A DNA stretch of 64,000 bases, taken from the NCBI RefSeq assembly GCF_003918875.1, contig NW_025767265.1, positions 124,001-188,000 on the forward strand, given 5' to 3'. A program made the position numbers and the translations under genes. The stretch comes from Haliotis rubra. Its lineage: Eukaryota. The notes below the pieces were generated by a model, which was not told the origin of the DNA, made no database searches, and saw only the letters and a list, made by a program, of their open reading frames with translations. Positions 23,456-36,975 of the stretch are shown here, one piece after another; position 1 is the stretch's first letter; each line of letters opens with the position of its first letter.

Positions 23456-24480
23456 TACACATGGCAAAAAGTATCGCACCACCCTTATTTGTTCCTAGTA
23501 TCAATATGTTTGTTTCATTAACCATAGCAAAGAACTTATTCAAACTTACGATTTGACAATACAGGTTTAAAAAGAACGAAAACCTGTACTCTGTTCAAGA
23601 GAAGCAAACATTTTGCGGAGCTGATAACTACATGTATGGTCGTATGACGCTAACAAATGGGGTCATTTTCAAGATTCCAGTATAGAATCCTGTCTAGAAT
23701 GTCAGTGATGTTCGGTTGTCCATTCAGATTTGGTCTGATCGTCACAAGGTTAAGTTTCCAGTTATATGAGAGGTACCTATGCAATAAGTCAATGAACACC
23801 CGCCAAACGACATGTGCTGTAGGATAATATGTTGTGTATATGCGGGGTTTCTGCAGCATCAAACACGAGCTCGGCCGTCAGCCATGAACAAAAGAAATCT
23901 GCTTTCGTCCGACCAGAGGACCGTTCCTCATACCATTACATTCCAATGACGTTGAGCTTGACATTAAGGAAGTAGTCCTGCTTTGTGCTCTATGGACAAC
24001 AAGGTACGTTCTGCAGATTTTGGACCGTTCTTTTGGACAAAGTGGAAGCCACTCGGTTTCTAACGCGCCACTTGACATGAAGGGATGAAGTCTTGTGATT
24101 CTGAGAAGGGCTGTATCCTCCCTTGGTCGATCTGAACGCATAAGGTCAGTAACGTCATTAGTTTGCTGATATTGTCTTGCCAATCAGCTGATGACAACCA
24201 ACATCTCTTGCAGTAGCCCTCAAGAACATGAGTAGTTATTAGTTGACGGGGTTCCATACGTGCTTATCAAAAACGAAATATATTGATTTTCCGAGTTATC
24301 GAGCTGTAAGAACAGTTAACTGAAACTGAATATTTGGTACACGTTTTGCTCTAATGCTCGCCTTACATCAATGTTTGGTTCGACTAAGGGTGAAGTCAAT
24401 TACCCAAACAAGTATAATTATGATATGAATATAAATGGCTGTATGGGGGTTAAAATCATACGTGTTGCGATAGTTAGTTT
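23456..24480 (-). mobile_element. Degenerate Tc1/mariner
   Basis: QYQQTNDVTDLMRSDRPREDTALLRITRLHPF (HTH/GRPR-region remnant). Terminus TA-TACACATGGCAAAAAGTATCGCA. Related fragment at ~33830-34430. Confidence 0.6.
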
Positions 24481-24512
24481 TTATATTTGTATGCATATAC
24501 ATTTGCAGATTC

Positions 24513-25550
24513 AGGTAGGTAGGTAGGTGGGTGGGTGGGTGGGTGGGTAGGTAGGTAGGTAGGTAGATGGGTAAGAGATAGTTATGTGGGTGGGTAGATA
24601 GGTAGGTAGGTAGGTGGGTAAGAGATAGGTATGTGGGTGGGTAGATAGGTAGGTGGGTAGATGGGTGGGTAGGTGGGTGGGTGAGAGATGGGTATGTGGG
24701 TGGGTAGATGGGTAGGTAGGTATATGGGTGGATTGTCGGGTGGGTAGGTAGTGGGTAAGAGATAGGTAGGTAGGTGGGTAGGTAAGGTAGGGGGTAGGTA
24801 GGTAAGGTGGGTGGGTGGTAGGGTGGGTAGGTTTTAGATAAGTAGGTAGGTAGGTGGGTAAGAGATAGGTATGTGGGTAGGTAGGTAGGTAGATAGGTAG
24901 GTGGGTGGGTAGGTAGGTAGGTAGGTGGGTAAGAGATAGGTAAGTAGGTAGGTAGGTGGGTAAGAGATAGGTATGTGGGTGGANNNNNNNNNNNNNNNNN
25001 NNNNNNNNNNNNNNNNNNNNNNNNNNNNNNNNNNNNNNNNNNNNNNNNNNNNNNNNNNNNNNNNNNNNNNNNNNNNNNNNNNNNNNNNNNNNNNNNNNNN
25101 NNNNNNNNNNNNNNNNNNNNNNNNNNNNNNNNNNTGTGGGTAGGTAGGTAGGTAGATAGGTAGGTAGGTAAGAGATAGGTAAGTAGGTAGGTGGGTGGGT
25201 GAGAGATAGGTATGTGGGTAGGTAGGTAGGTAGGTGGGTAGGTAGGTAGGTAAGGTGGGTGGGTTGGGTAGGTAGGTAAGGTGGGTGGGTTGGGTAGGTA
25301 GGTAAGGTGGGTGGGTACGTAGGTGGGTAAGAGATAGGTAAGTAGGTAGGTAGGTGGGTAAGAGATAGGTATGTGGGTAGGTAGGTAGGTAGATAGGTAG
25401 GTGGGTAAGAGATAGGTATGTGGGTGGGTAGGTAGGTAAGTAGGTAGGTAGATAGATAGGTGTGTGAGTGACTATGTTTGTAGGTAGGTAGGTAGATAGA
25501 TAGGTGGGTGAGTGGCTATGTTTTTAGTTAGGTAGATAGGTAGGTAGGTA
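24513..25550. repeat. (GGTA)/(GGTG) microsatellite spanning an assembly gap (N at 24984-25134)
   Basis: Directly visible. Confidence 0.97.
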
Positions 25551-25694
25551 GGATGTTAGAGTTGGTACAGGTATATGAGGTGAATTTAATACCATAGTTC
25601 TTCCCAAGTTTGTTGAGCCAAGTTGTGAGTAAATTCTCTTTCTGCCCCGGGTGAAAATTAGAACGTATCTGTTTCTTCTTCGAAATCATAGGGT

Positions 25695-28600
25695 GATCTG
25701 ACACCGACATGTGTCTGCAGCATGGAGGTCGGCAACGTGGTCTCTTGTCCAGGTATGTACCAGGATGCAGGATACAGCCTGATCTGACACCGACATGTGT
25801 CTGCAGCATGGAGGTCGGCAACGTGGTCTCTTGTCCAGGTATGTACCAGGATGCAGGATACAGCCTGATCTGACACCGACATGTGTCTGCAGCATGGAGG
25901 TCGGCAACGTGGTCTCTTGTCCAGGTATGTACCAGGATGCAGGATACAGCCTGATCTGACACCGACATGTGTCTCCAGCATGGAGGTCGGCAACGTGGTC
26001 TCTTGTCCAGGTATGTACCAGGATGCAGGATACAGTCTGATCTGACACCGACATGCGTCTGCAGCATGGAGGTCGGCAACGTGGTCTCTTGTCCAGGTAT
26101 GTACCAGGATGCAGGATACAGTCTGACCTGACACCGACATGTGTCTCCAGCATGGAGGTCGGCAACGTGGTCTCTTGTCCAGGTTTGTACCAGGGTGCAG
26201 GATACAGCCTGATCTGACACCGACATGTGTCTGCAGCATGGAGGTCGGCAACTTGGTCTCTTGTCCAGGTATGTGCCAGGATGCAGGATACAGTCTGATC
26301 TGACACCGACATGTGTCTGCAGCATGGAGGTCGGCAACGTGGTCTCTTGTCCAGGTATGTACCAGGATGCAGGATACAGCCTGATTTGACACCGACAAGT
26401 GTCTGCAGCATGGAGGTCGGCAACGTGGTCTCTTGTCCAGGTTTGTACCAGGGTGCAGGATACAGTCTGATCTGACACCGACATGTGTCTGCAGCATGGA
26501 GGTCGGCAACGGGGTCTCTTGTCCAGGTATGTACCAGGATGCAGGATACAGCCTGATCTGACACCGACATGTGTCTGCAGCATGGAGGTCGGCAACGTGG
26601 TGTCTTGTCCAGGTATGTACCAGGATGCAGGATACAGCCTGATTTGACACCGACAAGTGTCTGCAGCATGGAGGTCGGCAACTTGGTCTCTTGTCCAGGT
26701 ATGTACCAGGGTGCAGGATACAGCCTGATCTGACACCGACATGTGTCTGCAGCATGGAGGTCGGCAACGTGGTCTCTTGTCCAGGTATGTACCAGGATGC
26801 AGGATACAGCCTGATCTGACACCGACATGTGTCTGCAGCATGGAGGTCGGCAACGTGGTCTCTTGTCCAGGTATGTACCAGGATGCAGGATACAGCCTCA
26901 TCTGACACCGACATGTGTTTGCAGCATGGAGGTCGGCAACGTGGTCTCTTGTCCAGGTATGTACCAGGACGCAGGATACAGTCGGATCTGACACCGACAT
27001 GTGTCTGCAGCATGGAGGTCGGCAACGTGGTCTCTTGTCCAGGTATGTACCAGGATGCAGGATACAGTCAGATCTGACACCGACATGTGTCTGCAGCATG
27101 GAGGTCGGCAACGTGGTCTCTTGTCCAGGTATGTACCAGGATGCAGGATACAGCCTGATCTGACACCGACATGTGTCTCCAGCATGGAGGTCGGCAACGG
27201 GGTCTCTTGTCCAGGTATGTACCAGGATGCAGGATACAGCCTGATCTGACACCGACATGTGTCTCCAGCATGGAGGTCGGCAACGTGGTCTCTTGTCCAG
27301 GTATGTACAAGGATGCAGGATACAGCCTGATCTGACACCGACATGTGTCTGCAGCATGGAGGTCGGCAACGTGGTCTCTTGTCCAGGTATGTACCAGGAT
27401 GCAGGATACAGCCTCACCTGACACCGACATGTGTCTGCAGCATGGAGGTCGGCAACGTGGTCTCTGGTCCAGGTATGTACCAGGATGCAGGATACAGCCT
27501 GATCTGACACCGACATGTGTCTGCAGCATGGAGGTCGGCAACGTGGTCTCTTGTCCAGGTATGTACAAGGATGCAGGATACAGCCTGATCTGACACCGAC
27601 ATGTGTCTGCAGCATGGAGGTCGGCAACGTGGTCTCTTGTCCAGGTATGTACCAGGATGCAGGATACAGCCTGATCTGACACCGACATGTGTCTGCAGCA
27701 TGGAGGTCGGCAACGGGGTCTCTTGTCCAGGTATGTACCAGGATGCAGGATACAGCCTGATCTGACACCGACAAGTGTCTGCAGCATGGAGGTCGGCAAC
27801 GTGGTCTCTTGTCCAGGTATGTACCAGGATGCAGGATACAGCCTGATTTGACACCGACAAGTGTCTGCAGCATGGAGGTCGGCAACTTGGTCTCTTGTCC
27901 AGGTATGTACCAGGGTGCAGGATACAGCCTGATCTGACACCGACATGTGTCTGCAGCATGGAGGTCGGCAACGTGGTCTCTTGTCCAGGTATGTACCAGG
28001 ATGCAGGATACAGCCTGATCTGACACCGACATGTGTCTGCAGCATGGAGGTCGGCAACGTGGTCTCTTGTCCAGGTATGTACCAGGATGCAGGATACAGC
28101 CTGATCTGACACCGACATGTGTTTGCAGCATGGAGGTCGGCAACGTGGTCTCTTGTCCAGGTATGTACCAGGACGCAGGATACAGTCGGATCTGACACCG
28201 ACATGTGTCTGCAGCATTCACCGACATGTGTCTGCAGCATTGAGGTCGGCAACGTGGTCTCTTGTCCAGGTATGTACCAGGATGCAGGATACAGTCAGAT
28301 CTGACACCGACATGTGTCTGCAGCATGGAGGTCGGCAACGTGGTCTCTTGTCCAGGTATGTACCAGGATGCAGGATACAGCCTGATCTGACACCGACATG
28401 TGTCTCCAGCATGGAGGTCGGCAACGTGGTCTCTTGTCCAGGTATGTACCAGGATGCAGGATACAGCCTGATCTGACACCGACATGTGTCTCCAGCATGG
28501 AGGTCGGCAACGTGGTCTCTTGTCCAGGTATGTACAAGGATGCAGGATACAGCCTGATCTGACACCGACATGTGTCTGCAGCATGGAGGTCGGCAACGTG

Positions 28601-29242
28601 GTCTCTTGTCCAGGTATGTACCAGGATGCAGGATACAGCCTCACCTGACACCGACATGTGTCTGCAGCATGGAGGTCGGCAACGTGGTCTCTGGTCCAGG
28701 TATGTACCAGGATGCAGGATACAGCCTGATCTGACACCGACATGTGTCTGCAGCATGGAGGTCGGCAACGTGGTCTCTTGTCCAGGTATGTACAAGGATG
28801 CAGGATACAGCCTGATCTGACACCGACATGTGTCTGCAGCATGGAGGTCGGCAACGTGGTCTCTTGTCCAGGTATGTACCAGGATGCAGGATACAGCCTG
28901 ATCTGACACCGACATGTGTCTGCAGCATGGAGGTCGGCAACGTGGTCTCTTGTCCAGGTATGTACCAGGATGCAGGATACAGTCTGATCTGACACCGACA
29001 TGTGTCTGCAGCATGGAGGTCGGCAACGTGGTCTCTTGTCCAGGTATGTACCAGGATGTAGGATACAGCCTGACCTGACACCGACATGTGTCTGCAGCAT
29101 GGAGGTCGGCAACGTGGTCTCTTGTCCATGTATGTACCAGGATGCAGGATACAGCCTGATCTGACACCGACATGTGTCTCCAGCATGGAGGTCGGCAACG
29201 TGGTCTCTTGTCCAGGTATGTACCAGGATGTAGGATACAGCC
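25695..29242. repeat. 86-bp tandem satellite, ~41 copies
   Basis: Unit GATCTGACACCGACATGTGTCTGCAGCATGGAGGTCGGCAACGTGGTCTCTTGTCCAGGTATGTACCAGGATGCAGGATACAGCCT, highly homogeneous. Confidence 0.98.
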
Positions 29243-29885
29243 ATTGATGTCCTTTGATCTACATGTATAAGATATGGATTGGGGGGAGAGGTCACAAATT
29301 GTGTGTGGGTGTCCATAAGATATTACTGTTCTATCTGGCTTATAAGGAAAGAGAGTAGGGAGATTTTGCAAACAAATGTTTGTATTAAGGTCACCGAGGC
29401 TGATGGTAAATAGCACCGAAAAAAACCTTTCTACTTCCATAAGAAATATCTGCTAAAAGCAGAGTCGATTGTATAGTTACGGCTATATAATGAACATGTG
29501 TTTGTAACGTCACACACACCAATATCACTGCTGTATGACGCGGTCTGTCAACAAGTCTGGCCCAGACAAACCATTTAATTACATCATGATATACTATGAC
29601 AGAGTATGTGTTTATGAATATCGTATCAAATAGGGATGACTGGTTTCAGCACGACAGTGCAACTTGTTATGGCAGATCCCGCGCCTCCTGAAACTTAAAA
29701 CTTCACAGTCTGTATATCTTGGTATCCATGGGCTGCAACCATGTGTTGGGGACATTGGTCATGGTGTTTCAGGACTTCTCCGTACATACGCCAGTAGGTG
29801 TCCATGGCCTACCGTTATGGCATTAGGGGAGACAACTCTTTGCACGAGGTAAGTGTTCACAGGTACAAGAAAAAACTGTTTGAGA

Positions 29886-30060
29886 GGCATTCTAGAAGTT
29901 GCAAGTAATGACAAGTCTTTGTGGATGATCAACTTTTGTATTGTACAATGGCGACATACCGGTATAGATACTTATACCGTTTTCAAGCAGTATACGTAAC
30001 TATACCGAAATGTTGCCATTGTACAATACAGAAGTTGATCATCTACAAAGACTTGTGATT
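29886..30060. mobile_element. Inverted pair of Penelope-like terminal sequences (hairpin)
   Basis: ACAAGTCTTTGTGGATGATCAACTTTTGTATTGTACAATGGC is inverted as GCCATTGTACAATACAGAAGTTGATCATCTACAAAGACTTGT. Confidence 0.6.
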
Positions 30061-30419
30061 CTTGGTATAAGAATAGAAGCGACAAAACCCTTTTCCACAT
30101 TCATACAAAATCTCTGCTAAAAGAAAAAGTCGATTGTACAATTGTGACTATATCAAGAGTATACATGTATATTTGTTTCAGCAGTATTACAGCTGTACCA
30201 TGTTGTTTGTAAACAAATCGAGTCTGGACCAGACAATCCAGTGATCCAATGCATGTGATACGATGACAGAGCATGTATGAATCACTATGAAATAGTGATG
30301 ATACCAGGTTTTCGATGAAAGGGCAAATGTGCCCTGCCCTGCCGTGAGCACGCGTCAGAAACAAATGAAAAGTCTTGTCAACTGTTCACCTGAAATAATT
30401 CGAGAAAGTAGGGTAGAAA

Positions 30420-30900
30420 ATAGGGAATTGCATAGGACATCATTTTTGTCACTGATTCATCAAATGTATAACTTTTCTCAAGATGTTTACCATGAAACGT
30501 TTCTCAAGCTTTACTAAGGCCTTGAAAGTTGTAACCTTGATCGAACAACTTCTGAGCAAGAGTGGTATGACGCACTCTGACATTTTGGTAAAAAAAGCAT
30601 TCTCGAGTGTACCTAAAAAGTTGCTCCACATGAAAGGAATGTTGACCATTGAAAAGATTTCCTCTTTATTCATACATAAATTTGGAGAGTTTTTGTCACT
30701 CTGATTCTCCATGCATAAATCTAAATATGAAACATTTGTGGCGCTCTCACGCCTTAATTTCAGGTTTAGGTGGGTAAATCAGTAGAAGGAATCGGCTATG
30801 TGATGGTAACTGAACGATATCAGATCATCGATATACCTGAAGCTTACTTCTTGGCCAAATTACCTGGTTTTACATGAACTTCTAAAAAAGTTCAAAAGTA
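30420..30900 (-). mobile_element. Penelope-like element reverse transcriptase fragment
   Basis: FRYIDDLISF, NVSYLDL and FSMVNIPFMWSN motifs, typical of the PLE RT C-terminal region. Confidence 0.75.
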
Positions 30901-30999
30901 CGATCTCTGAGTGAATGTATGAAGACTGGTCACTTTCCGTGGAAGCTTGAATGAAGTAGAACTATAAATAGAAAAGTAGCAGACGCAGAAGATGACGCA

Positions 31000-31505
31000 A
31001 ACTGGCAAATGAAGAACTGGCAAACAACGCCCACTCAGACACCAGAAATGAGCCGTTTTGCCAACAATCACGGTGCTCTAGCCCCACAGAGACTGTAGAC
31101 TCAACCAGACCTGAGTACAGTCTAGTTAAACTTGGTGTATTACCTGTTGTAGGTGGGATGTGCCTACTCTGTGACACCGAGTGTGATGATATCGTGAAAC
31201 ACCAACTCTTAAACTGCTGCAGTTTATTATCTAAGTTTAATGCACTTAGTGAACGTTTGTTTGACAATATGACCATTGAAAGCCATATGCAATGCAACGA
31301 TTGTGATGATAATGAACTCAAGATTACCACCCTTCTAGGTGGAATCACACCACTCATTGAAAACATGTCACTGAATGAGTGGGCTGTATTTATTGACATT
31401 GCATCACCTCCTGGGACTTCACAGCCCTGCTGTATCTGTGAAGCTGAGACTTTGTCAGAGACTATGTTTGAATACGTAAATGTGTTTAATATTACAATAT
31501 GAGAT
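31000..31505 (+). mobile_element. 3' end of a non-LTR retrotransposon ORF2 (C-terminal zinc-binding region)
   Basis: CLLCDTECDDIVKHQLLNC fits a CCHC pattern; TTLLGG follows. Confidence 0.5.
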
Positions 31506-31695
31506 GCTTTCATATATGTACTATTCATCTCAATTGGACAAAATAAAGGTCATTCATTTACATGTATTCATTTATTCATTTATTCATTTATTCATTCATT
31601 CATCTTCATCTCAGTCTCCATCTCAATCATTCACGTTTTGCTTTTGGCATCTGAGCTATTCTTCTACAAACTGAGCAACATGACTTCCATAGACA

Positions 31696-33213
31696 TTATT
31701 CACGTTTTTGTTTTCGCTGTTTACTGGCTTTCCTCAAGCAATAGCGCCACGACTTCCATATAAGGAAAACACACACATGGAGGATGAGCAGGACAAGCCC
31801 GATGACGTCCAGACACAAATACTGATACAACGACATGTCCTGACAATACGACCTCAGATGGGCGCCGCCATATTTGAGCACATGTTCTATCCAGTAAACA
31901 GCTTCATCTTTGGGACTTCTTTCTCGGAGCTTGGTGATTTCGGCAGCTTTCTTGATTTTCTGTGAGTAGGAAGAATTCTGAATCACCTCATTGATGTTTG
32001 ACACCAAATCATCAACAGCAAACGTTTTCAAATCCATTTCCAAACCGAATCCAAAGTAACCTAACTTCTTGGCATTATAAGGCTGCTCAGCAAACATGGG
32101 AAAACCAATCATCGGAACACCTTGCAAGAAAGCCTCGTTCTGACCATTAGCCCCACAGTGGGTTATGAAAAGTTTTGTGTTCGGATGGGCGAGAAGATCC
32201 GACTGTGGCATCCAGTCGGTTAACAAAATGTTAGGTCCCAAGTTTACTTTCTTTTCCGTTTTGAAAATATATTTATAGTTGGTTTTAGAAAATGCCGTCA
32301 GTAGCTTCTTGGACATCGTGTCTGGAAGACTTTTCACAATACTTCCGAAAGAAACAATGACCACACCCTCCTTCGCTCCGTCCATGAACTTCTTATATTT
32401 GTCAGGGAGAGGCTTCGGTGTCACTGCGGACAGAGACCCAATCTGCTTCACATTGGGGAGAAAGGCGCTGTTGTAGTTTATTAACGGTTCCTGGTCAATT
32501 AGCCAAAGCCAGGCCTTGGCTGTCAGAGATTCCATAGAGATGTAGGGCCTTTCTGGAGCGTAAGTTGCGACACATCCATAGAGGGAGAAGGGGTCGTATA
32601 CCCACACATGCATGGTAACAAGGATCACATTTGCAACACGTGTCCAAAAATCCATGTTTTCTGTCCATGCGAAAATTGGATACGGAAGAGCAGAGGGGAC
32701 AAAGGGCGTCCGACTAGCATGGGGTTCGAACCCAGCTCCCATGAAGGCAAACGGAACGTCAAGCTTATATGCAATTATGGCCAGCATCCTTCCAGGAGGT
32801 AGGATATCAAATAAAATAAAATCGAAATGTAGCTCTGACAGAGTTTTAAATAGCTTCTCGTCCTTCAGTATGAGATCAGACACGTGGATCACTTCCTCGA
32901 ACGGATCCTGTGCGTTGGTATTGTTTAAGTAATCGTTCACAACACGATCCAGTAGCTTTTCTTCAATGTTGAAGTCATCTACCGACTCATATTTCAGAAT
33001 ATTGACGCCCGGTAACTGCATACCCCTGTGATTGGCCAGTCTAGTTGGAACAGCATTCCATACCACGTGACCACGTGAAGCCAGCTCTATGGCCACGTTC
33101 AGAGAACCCCTCATGTGACTGTATATCGGGAAAAACAGGAACAATATATTGGCGGCTTCCAGGTTCGACACGCAGACCAGAAACAGAAGGAGACTTCCGG
33201 TTCCGGGTCCCAT
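31696..33213 (-). CDS. UDP-glucuronosyl/glycosyltransferase copy 3 (505 aa), single coding exon
   Basis: MGPGTGSLLLFLVCVSNLEA signal peptide, YSHMRG, VSFGS, WMPQSDLLAHP...FAEQ signature, TM helix, KQKRE ER-retrieval end. Splice acceptor at 33231. Confidence 0.96.
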   Translation of the reverse strand: MGPGTGSLLLFLVCVSNLEAANILFLFFPIYSHMRGSLNVAIELASRGHVVWNAVPTRLANHRGMQLPGVNILKYESVDDFNIEEKLLDRVVNDYLNNTNAQDPFEEVIHVSDLILKDEKLFKTLSELHFDFILFDILPPGRMLAIIAYKLDVPFAFMGAGFEPHASRTPFVPSALPYPIFAWTENMDFWTRVANVILVTMHVWVYDPFSLYGCVATYAPERPYISMESLTAKAWLWLIDQEPLINYNSAFLPNVKQIGSLSAVTPKPLPDKYKKFMDGAKEGVVIVSFGSIVKSLPDTMSKKLLTAFSKTNYKYIFKTEKKVNLGPNILLTDWMPQSDLLAHPNTKLFITHCGANGQNEAFLQGVPMIGFPMFAEQPYNAKKLGYFGFGLEMDLKTFAVDDLVSNINEVIQNSSYSQKIKKAAEITKLRERSPKDEAVYWIEHVLKYGGAHLRSYCQDMSLYQYLCLDVIGLVLLILHVCVFLIWKSWRYCLRKASKQRKQKRE

Positions 33214-34176
33214 CACGATGTCGAGGCTATCTGCAAGGAATAAGAAAAGACAATGAGTGAGTAGGTTCTCAGGGGTCACTGCTTCCACTGTCCAGGACAG
33301 TTATATCCGCATTTCTATATCATTTGTCCGGACTTTTCTCTTGTTTGTAAAGGATTAGATTCTTTCTGAAATCAGAACAGACTGGCGTTATGCAAGCCTT
33401 TCGGTGCGTTATATATTAATATATATATTGTTTTTCATAATTAGATAATTATATACTACTAATGGGGTTCAGGACTGTTCCCTTGTATGTCAGTGTAACC
33501 GAATCGCTAGCTCTCCGCAGTGCTTCAATGACTGTGGCTATGTAGCCAATGCAAACACGGGTTTGTTGCAGACAATACAACAGTTAATCGGGGCTAATGT
33601 GAAACCCACGACCACCTTCCTGGCTTAACTAAGGGACACAACTCTGTGCCTTGATGACTGCAGCATCCGTGACCGAACAGGTGAACCTGTACACCTTTGT
33701 ACATGAATATCATGTCACCACACATGGCACTGAAAACATAACTAAATATATCATCCGCCAGGTGTCGCTTCACATCTGTCGAGGGACGAGCGACGCCTGG
33801 TGGCACTGTGGCGGCGCTAATCAGTATACAGTGGGACATGGAAGTTGCAAGGTCAAGGAGAATGTATGTGATAACACGTAAGGGGAATGAATATGATAAC
33901 TCATAACTCATAACTCAGAATGAAGTTCTCCAAACCTGACTTTGACATTCGTCCGTCCAGAGGACCTTTAATCCCCTGACCTCAAATTCCAATGGCATCG
34001 AGATTGATACCAGGCTAGTCAAGCTACTTCGTGCTCTTGCTCTCTGCCCGGTCAATTTTAGCTGATTTCCTTCTGATGGGCAAACGACGATGGGGAAGCC
34101 ACTTTGTTTTTAATACGCCACTTGACATGAACGGATGGTCTTGTGATTCTGAGAAGGGTCATATCCTCCCTGGGAG

Positions 34177-34345
34177 GTGGGGCGGTGGGGTAGCCTGGTG
34201 GTTAAAGCGTCCGCTCGGCACGCCGAAGTCCCGGGTTCGAATCCCCACATTGGCACAATCTGTGAAGCCCATTTCTGGTGTCCCCCGCCGTGATATTGCT
34301 GGAATATTGCTCAAAGCGGCGTAAAACCATACTCATTCACTCACG
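34177..34345 (+). mobile_element. tRNA-derived SINE family A
   Basis: A-box TAGCCTGGTGG, B-box GGTTCGAATCC, core TGTGAAGCCCATTTCTGGTGTCCCC, tail GATATTGCTGGAATATTGCT...ACTCA. Confidence 0.9.
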
Positions 34346-34449
34346 CCATTAGGTAGCTGGTGTTTTCTGGCCAGTCGGCTGATAGTCGATGGATCACTAT
34401 GTTGCAATAGGCCTCAGTGACATGTTAGCATTCCGCATACCAACATATT

Positions 34450-34595
34450 TTATATTTGGGACTACAATTTTTTTAGTGAAGTACAGATTCTAGTACTTTT
34501 GTTGGGTTGGATCCCATCCGGGATTCGAACCCACACCGTCAGAGTCAGCAACTTAATCACACAATGTCAGTCACCTTACCCGCTCAGCCACCACG
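34450..34595 (-). mobile_element. tRNA-derived SINE family B (inverted copy)
   Basis: Reverse complement matches 21955-22075. Confidence 0.7.
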
Positions 34596-34729
34596 GGGTA
34601 TTGACGCATGTTGTAGTAGCTCGGGGTATACATAGCTATACCACAGTGTTATATCCAAATAGACAAGTGACAACGAATATCTTTGATCGGTATGCTATAT
34701 AGCTATGTATACCCCTAGTTACGTTAATA

Positions 34730-36975
34730 TGCGTCAATACACCTTCAATTCGTCGGATATCCTAAAACAAATAACCTGGTTGATATTCATCTGATAGGGT
34801 ATATATTAACATAATGTCAATACACCTTCAGTTCGTCGGACATCCTAAAACAAATAACCTGGTTGATATACATATGATAGGGTATATATTAACATAATGT
34901 CAATACACCTTCAGTTCGTCGAGCATCCTAAAACAAATAACCTGGTTGATATACATATGATAGGGTATATATTAACATAATGTCAATACACCTTCAGTTC
35001 GTCGGACATCCTAAAACAAATAACCTGACTGATATACATCTGATAGGGTATATATTAACATAATGTCAATACACCTTCAGTTCGTCGGACATCCTAAAAC
35101 AAATAACCTGGCTGATATACATCTGATAGGGTATATATTAACATAATGTCAATACACCTTCAGTTCGTCGGACATCCTAAAACAAATAACCTGGTTGATA
35201 TACATATGATAGGGTATATATTAACATAATGTCAATACACCTTCAGTTCGTCGAGCATCCTAAAACAAATAACCTGGCTGATATACATCTGATAGGGTAT
35301 ATATTAACATAATGTCAATACACCTTCAGTTCGTCGGACATCCTAAAACAAATAACCTGGCTGATATACATCTGATAGGGTATATATTAACATAATGTCA
35401 ATACACCTTCAGTTCGTCGGACATCCTAAAACAAATAACCTGGTTGATATACATATGATAGGGTATATTTTAACATAATGTCAATACACCTTCAGTTCGT
35501 CGGACATCCTAAAACAAATAACCTGGTTGATATACATATGATAGGGTATATATTAACATAATGTCGATACACCTTCAGTTCGTCGGACATCCTAAAACAA
35601 ATAACCTGGTTGATATACATATGATAGGGTATATATTAACATAATGTCAATACACATTCAGTTCGTCGAGCATCCTTAAACAAATAACCTGGTTGATATA
35701 CATATGATAGGGTATATATTAACATAATGTCAATACACCTTCAGTTCGTCGGACAAAAAACAAATAACCTGACTGATATACATCTGATAGGGTATATATT
35801 AACATAATGTCAATACACCTTCAGTTCGTCGAGCATCCTTAAACAAATAACCTGGTTGATATACATATGATAGGGTATATATTAACATAATGTCAATACA
35901 CCTTCAGTTCGTCGGACATCCTAAAACAAATAACCTGGCTGATATACATCTGATAGGGTATATATTAACATAATGTCAATACACCTTCAGTTCGTCGGAC
36001 ATCCTAAAACAAATAACCTGGCTGATATACATCTGATAGGGTATATATTAACATAATGTCAATACACCTTCAGTTCGTCGGACATCCTAAAACAAATAAC
36101 CTGGCTGATATACATCTGATAGGGTATATATTAACATAATGTCAATACACCTTCAGTTCGTCGAGCATCCTAAAACAAATAACCTGGCTGATATACATCT
36201 GATAGGGTATATATTAACATAATGTCAATACACCTTCAGTTCGTCGGACATCCTAAAAACAAATAACCTGGTAACCTGATATACATCTGATAGGGTATAT
36301 ATTAACATAATGTCAATACACCTTCAGTTCGTCGGACATCCTAAAACAAATAACCTGGTTAACCTACATATGATATACATCTGATATGTCAATATATTAA
36401 CATAATGTTCGTCGTCGGACATCCTAAAACAAATAACCTGGCTGATATACATCTGATAGGGTATATATTAACATAATGTCAATACACCTTCAGTTCGTCG
36501 GACATCCTCAAACAAATAACCTGGTTGATATACATCTGATAGGGAATATATTAACATAATGTCAATACACCTTCAGTTCGTCGGACATCCTAAAACAAAT
36601 AACCTGGTTGGTATACATATGATAGGGAATATATTAACATAATGTCAATACACCTTCAGTTCGTCGGACATCCTAAAACAAATAACCTGGTTGATATACA
36701 TCTGATAGGGAATATATTAACATAATGTCAATACACCTTCAGTTCGTCGAGCATCCTAAAACAAATAACCTGGTTGATATACATATGATAGGGTATATAT
36801 TAACATAATGTCAATACACCTTCAGTTCGTCGGACATCCTAAAACAAATAACCTGGTTGGTATACATATGATAGGGAATATATTAACATAATGTCAATAC
36901 ACCTTCAGTTCGTCGAGCATCCTAAAACAAATAACCTGGTTGATATACATCTGATAGGGTATATATTAACATAAT
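34730..36975. repeat. 83-bp tandem satellite, ~27 copies
   Basis: Unit AATGTCAATACACCTTCAGTTCGTCGGACATCCTAAAACAAATAACCTGGTTGATATACATATGATAGGGTATATATTAACAT. Confidence 0.98.

Noticed and set aside
24513-25550. G-rich tract as telomere or functional G-quadruplex element
   Set aside because: It is not TTAGGG; a simple microsatellite broken by an assembly gap.
25528-29440. 1262-aa and overlapping Cys/His-rich ORFs
   Set aside because: Translations of the 86-bp satellite cycling through all three frames; no domain evidence.
33214-33288. N-terminal extensions of UGT ORFs in the ORF track (also 42135-42206 and 20688-20738)
   Set aside because: Non-ATG starts that run through splice acceptors; the signal peptides begin at the downstream ATGs.
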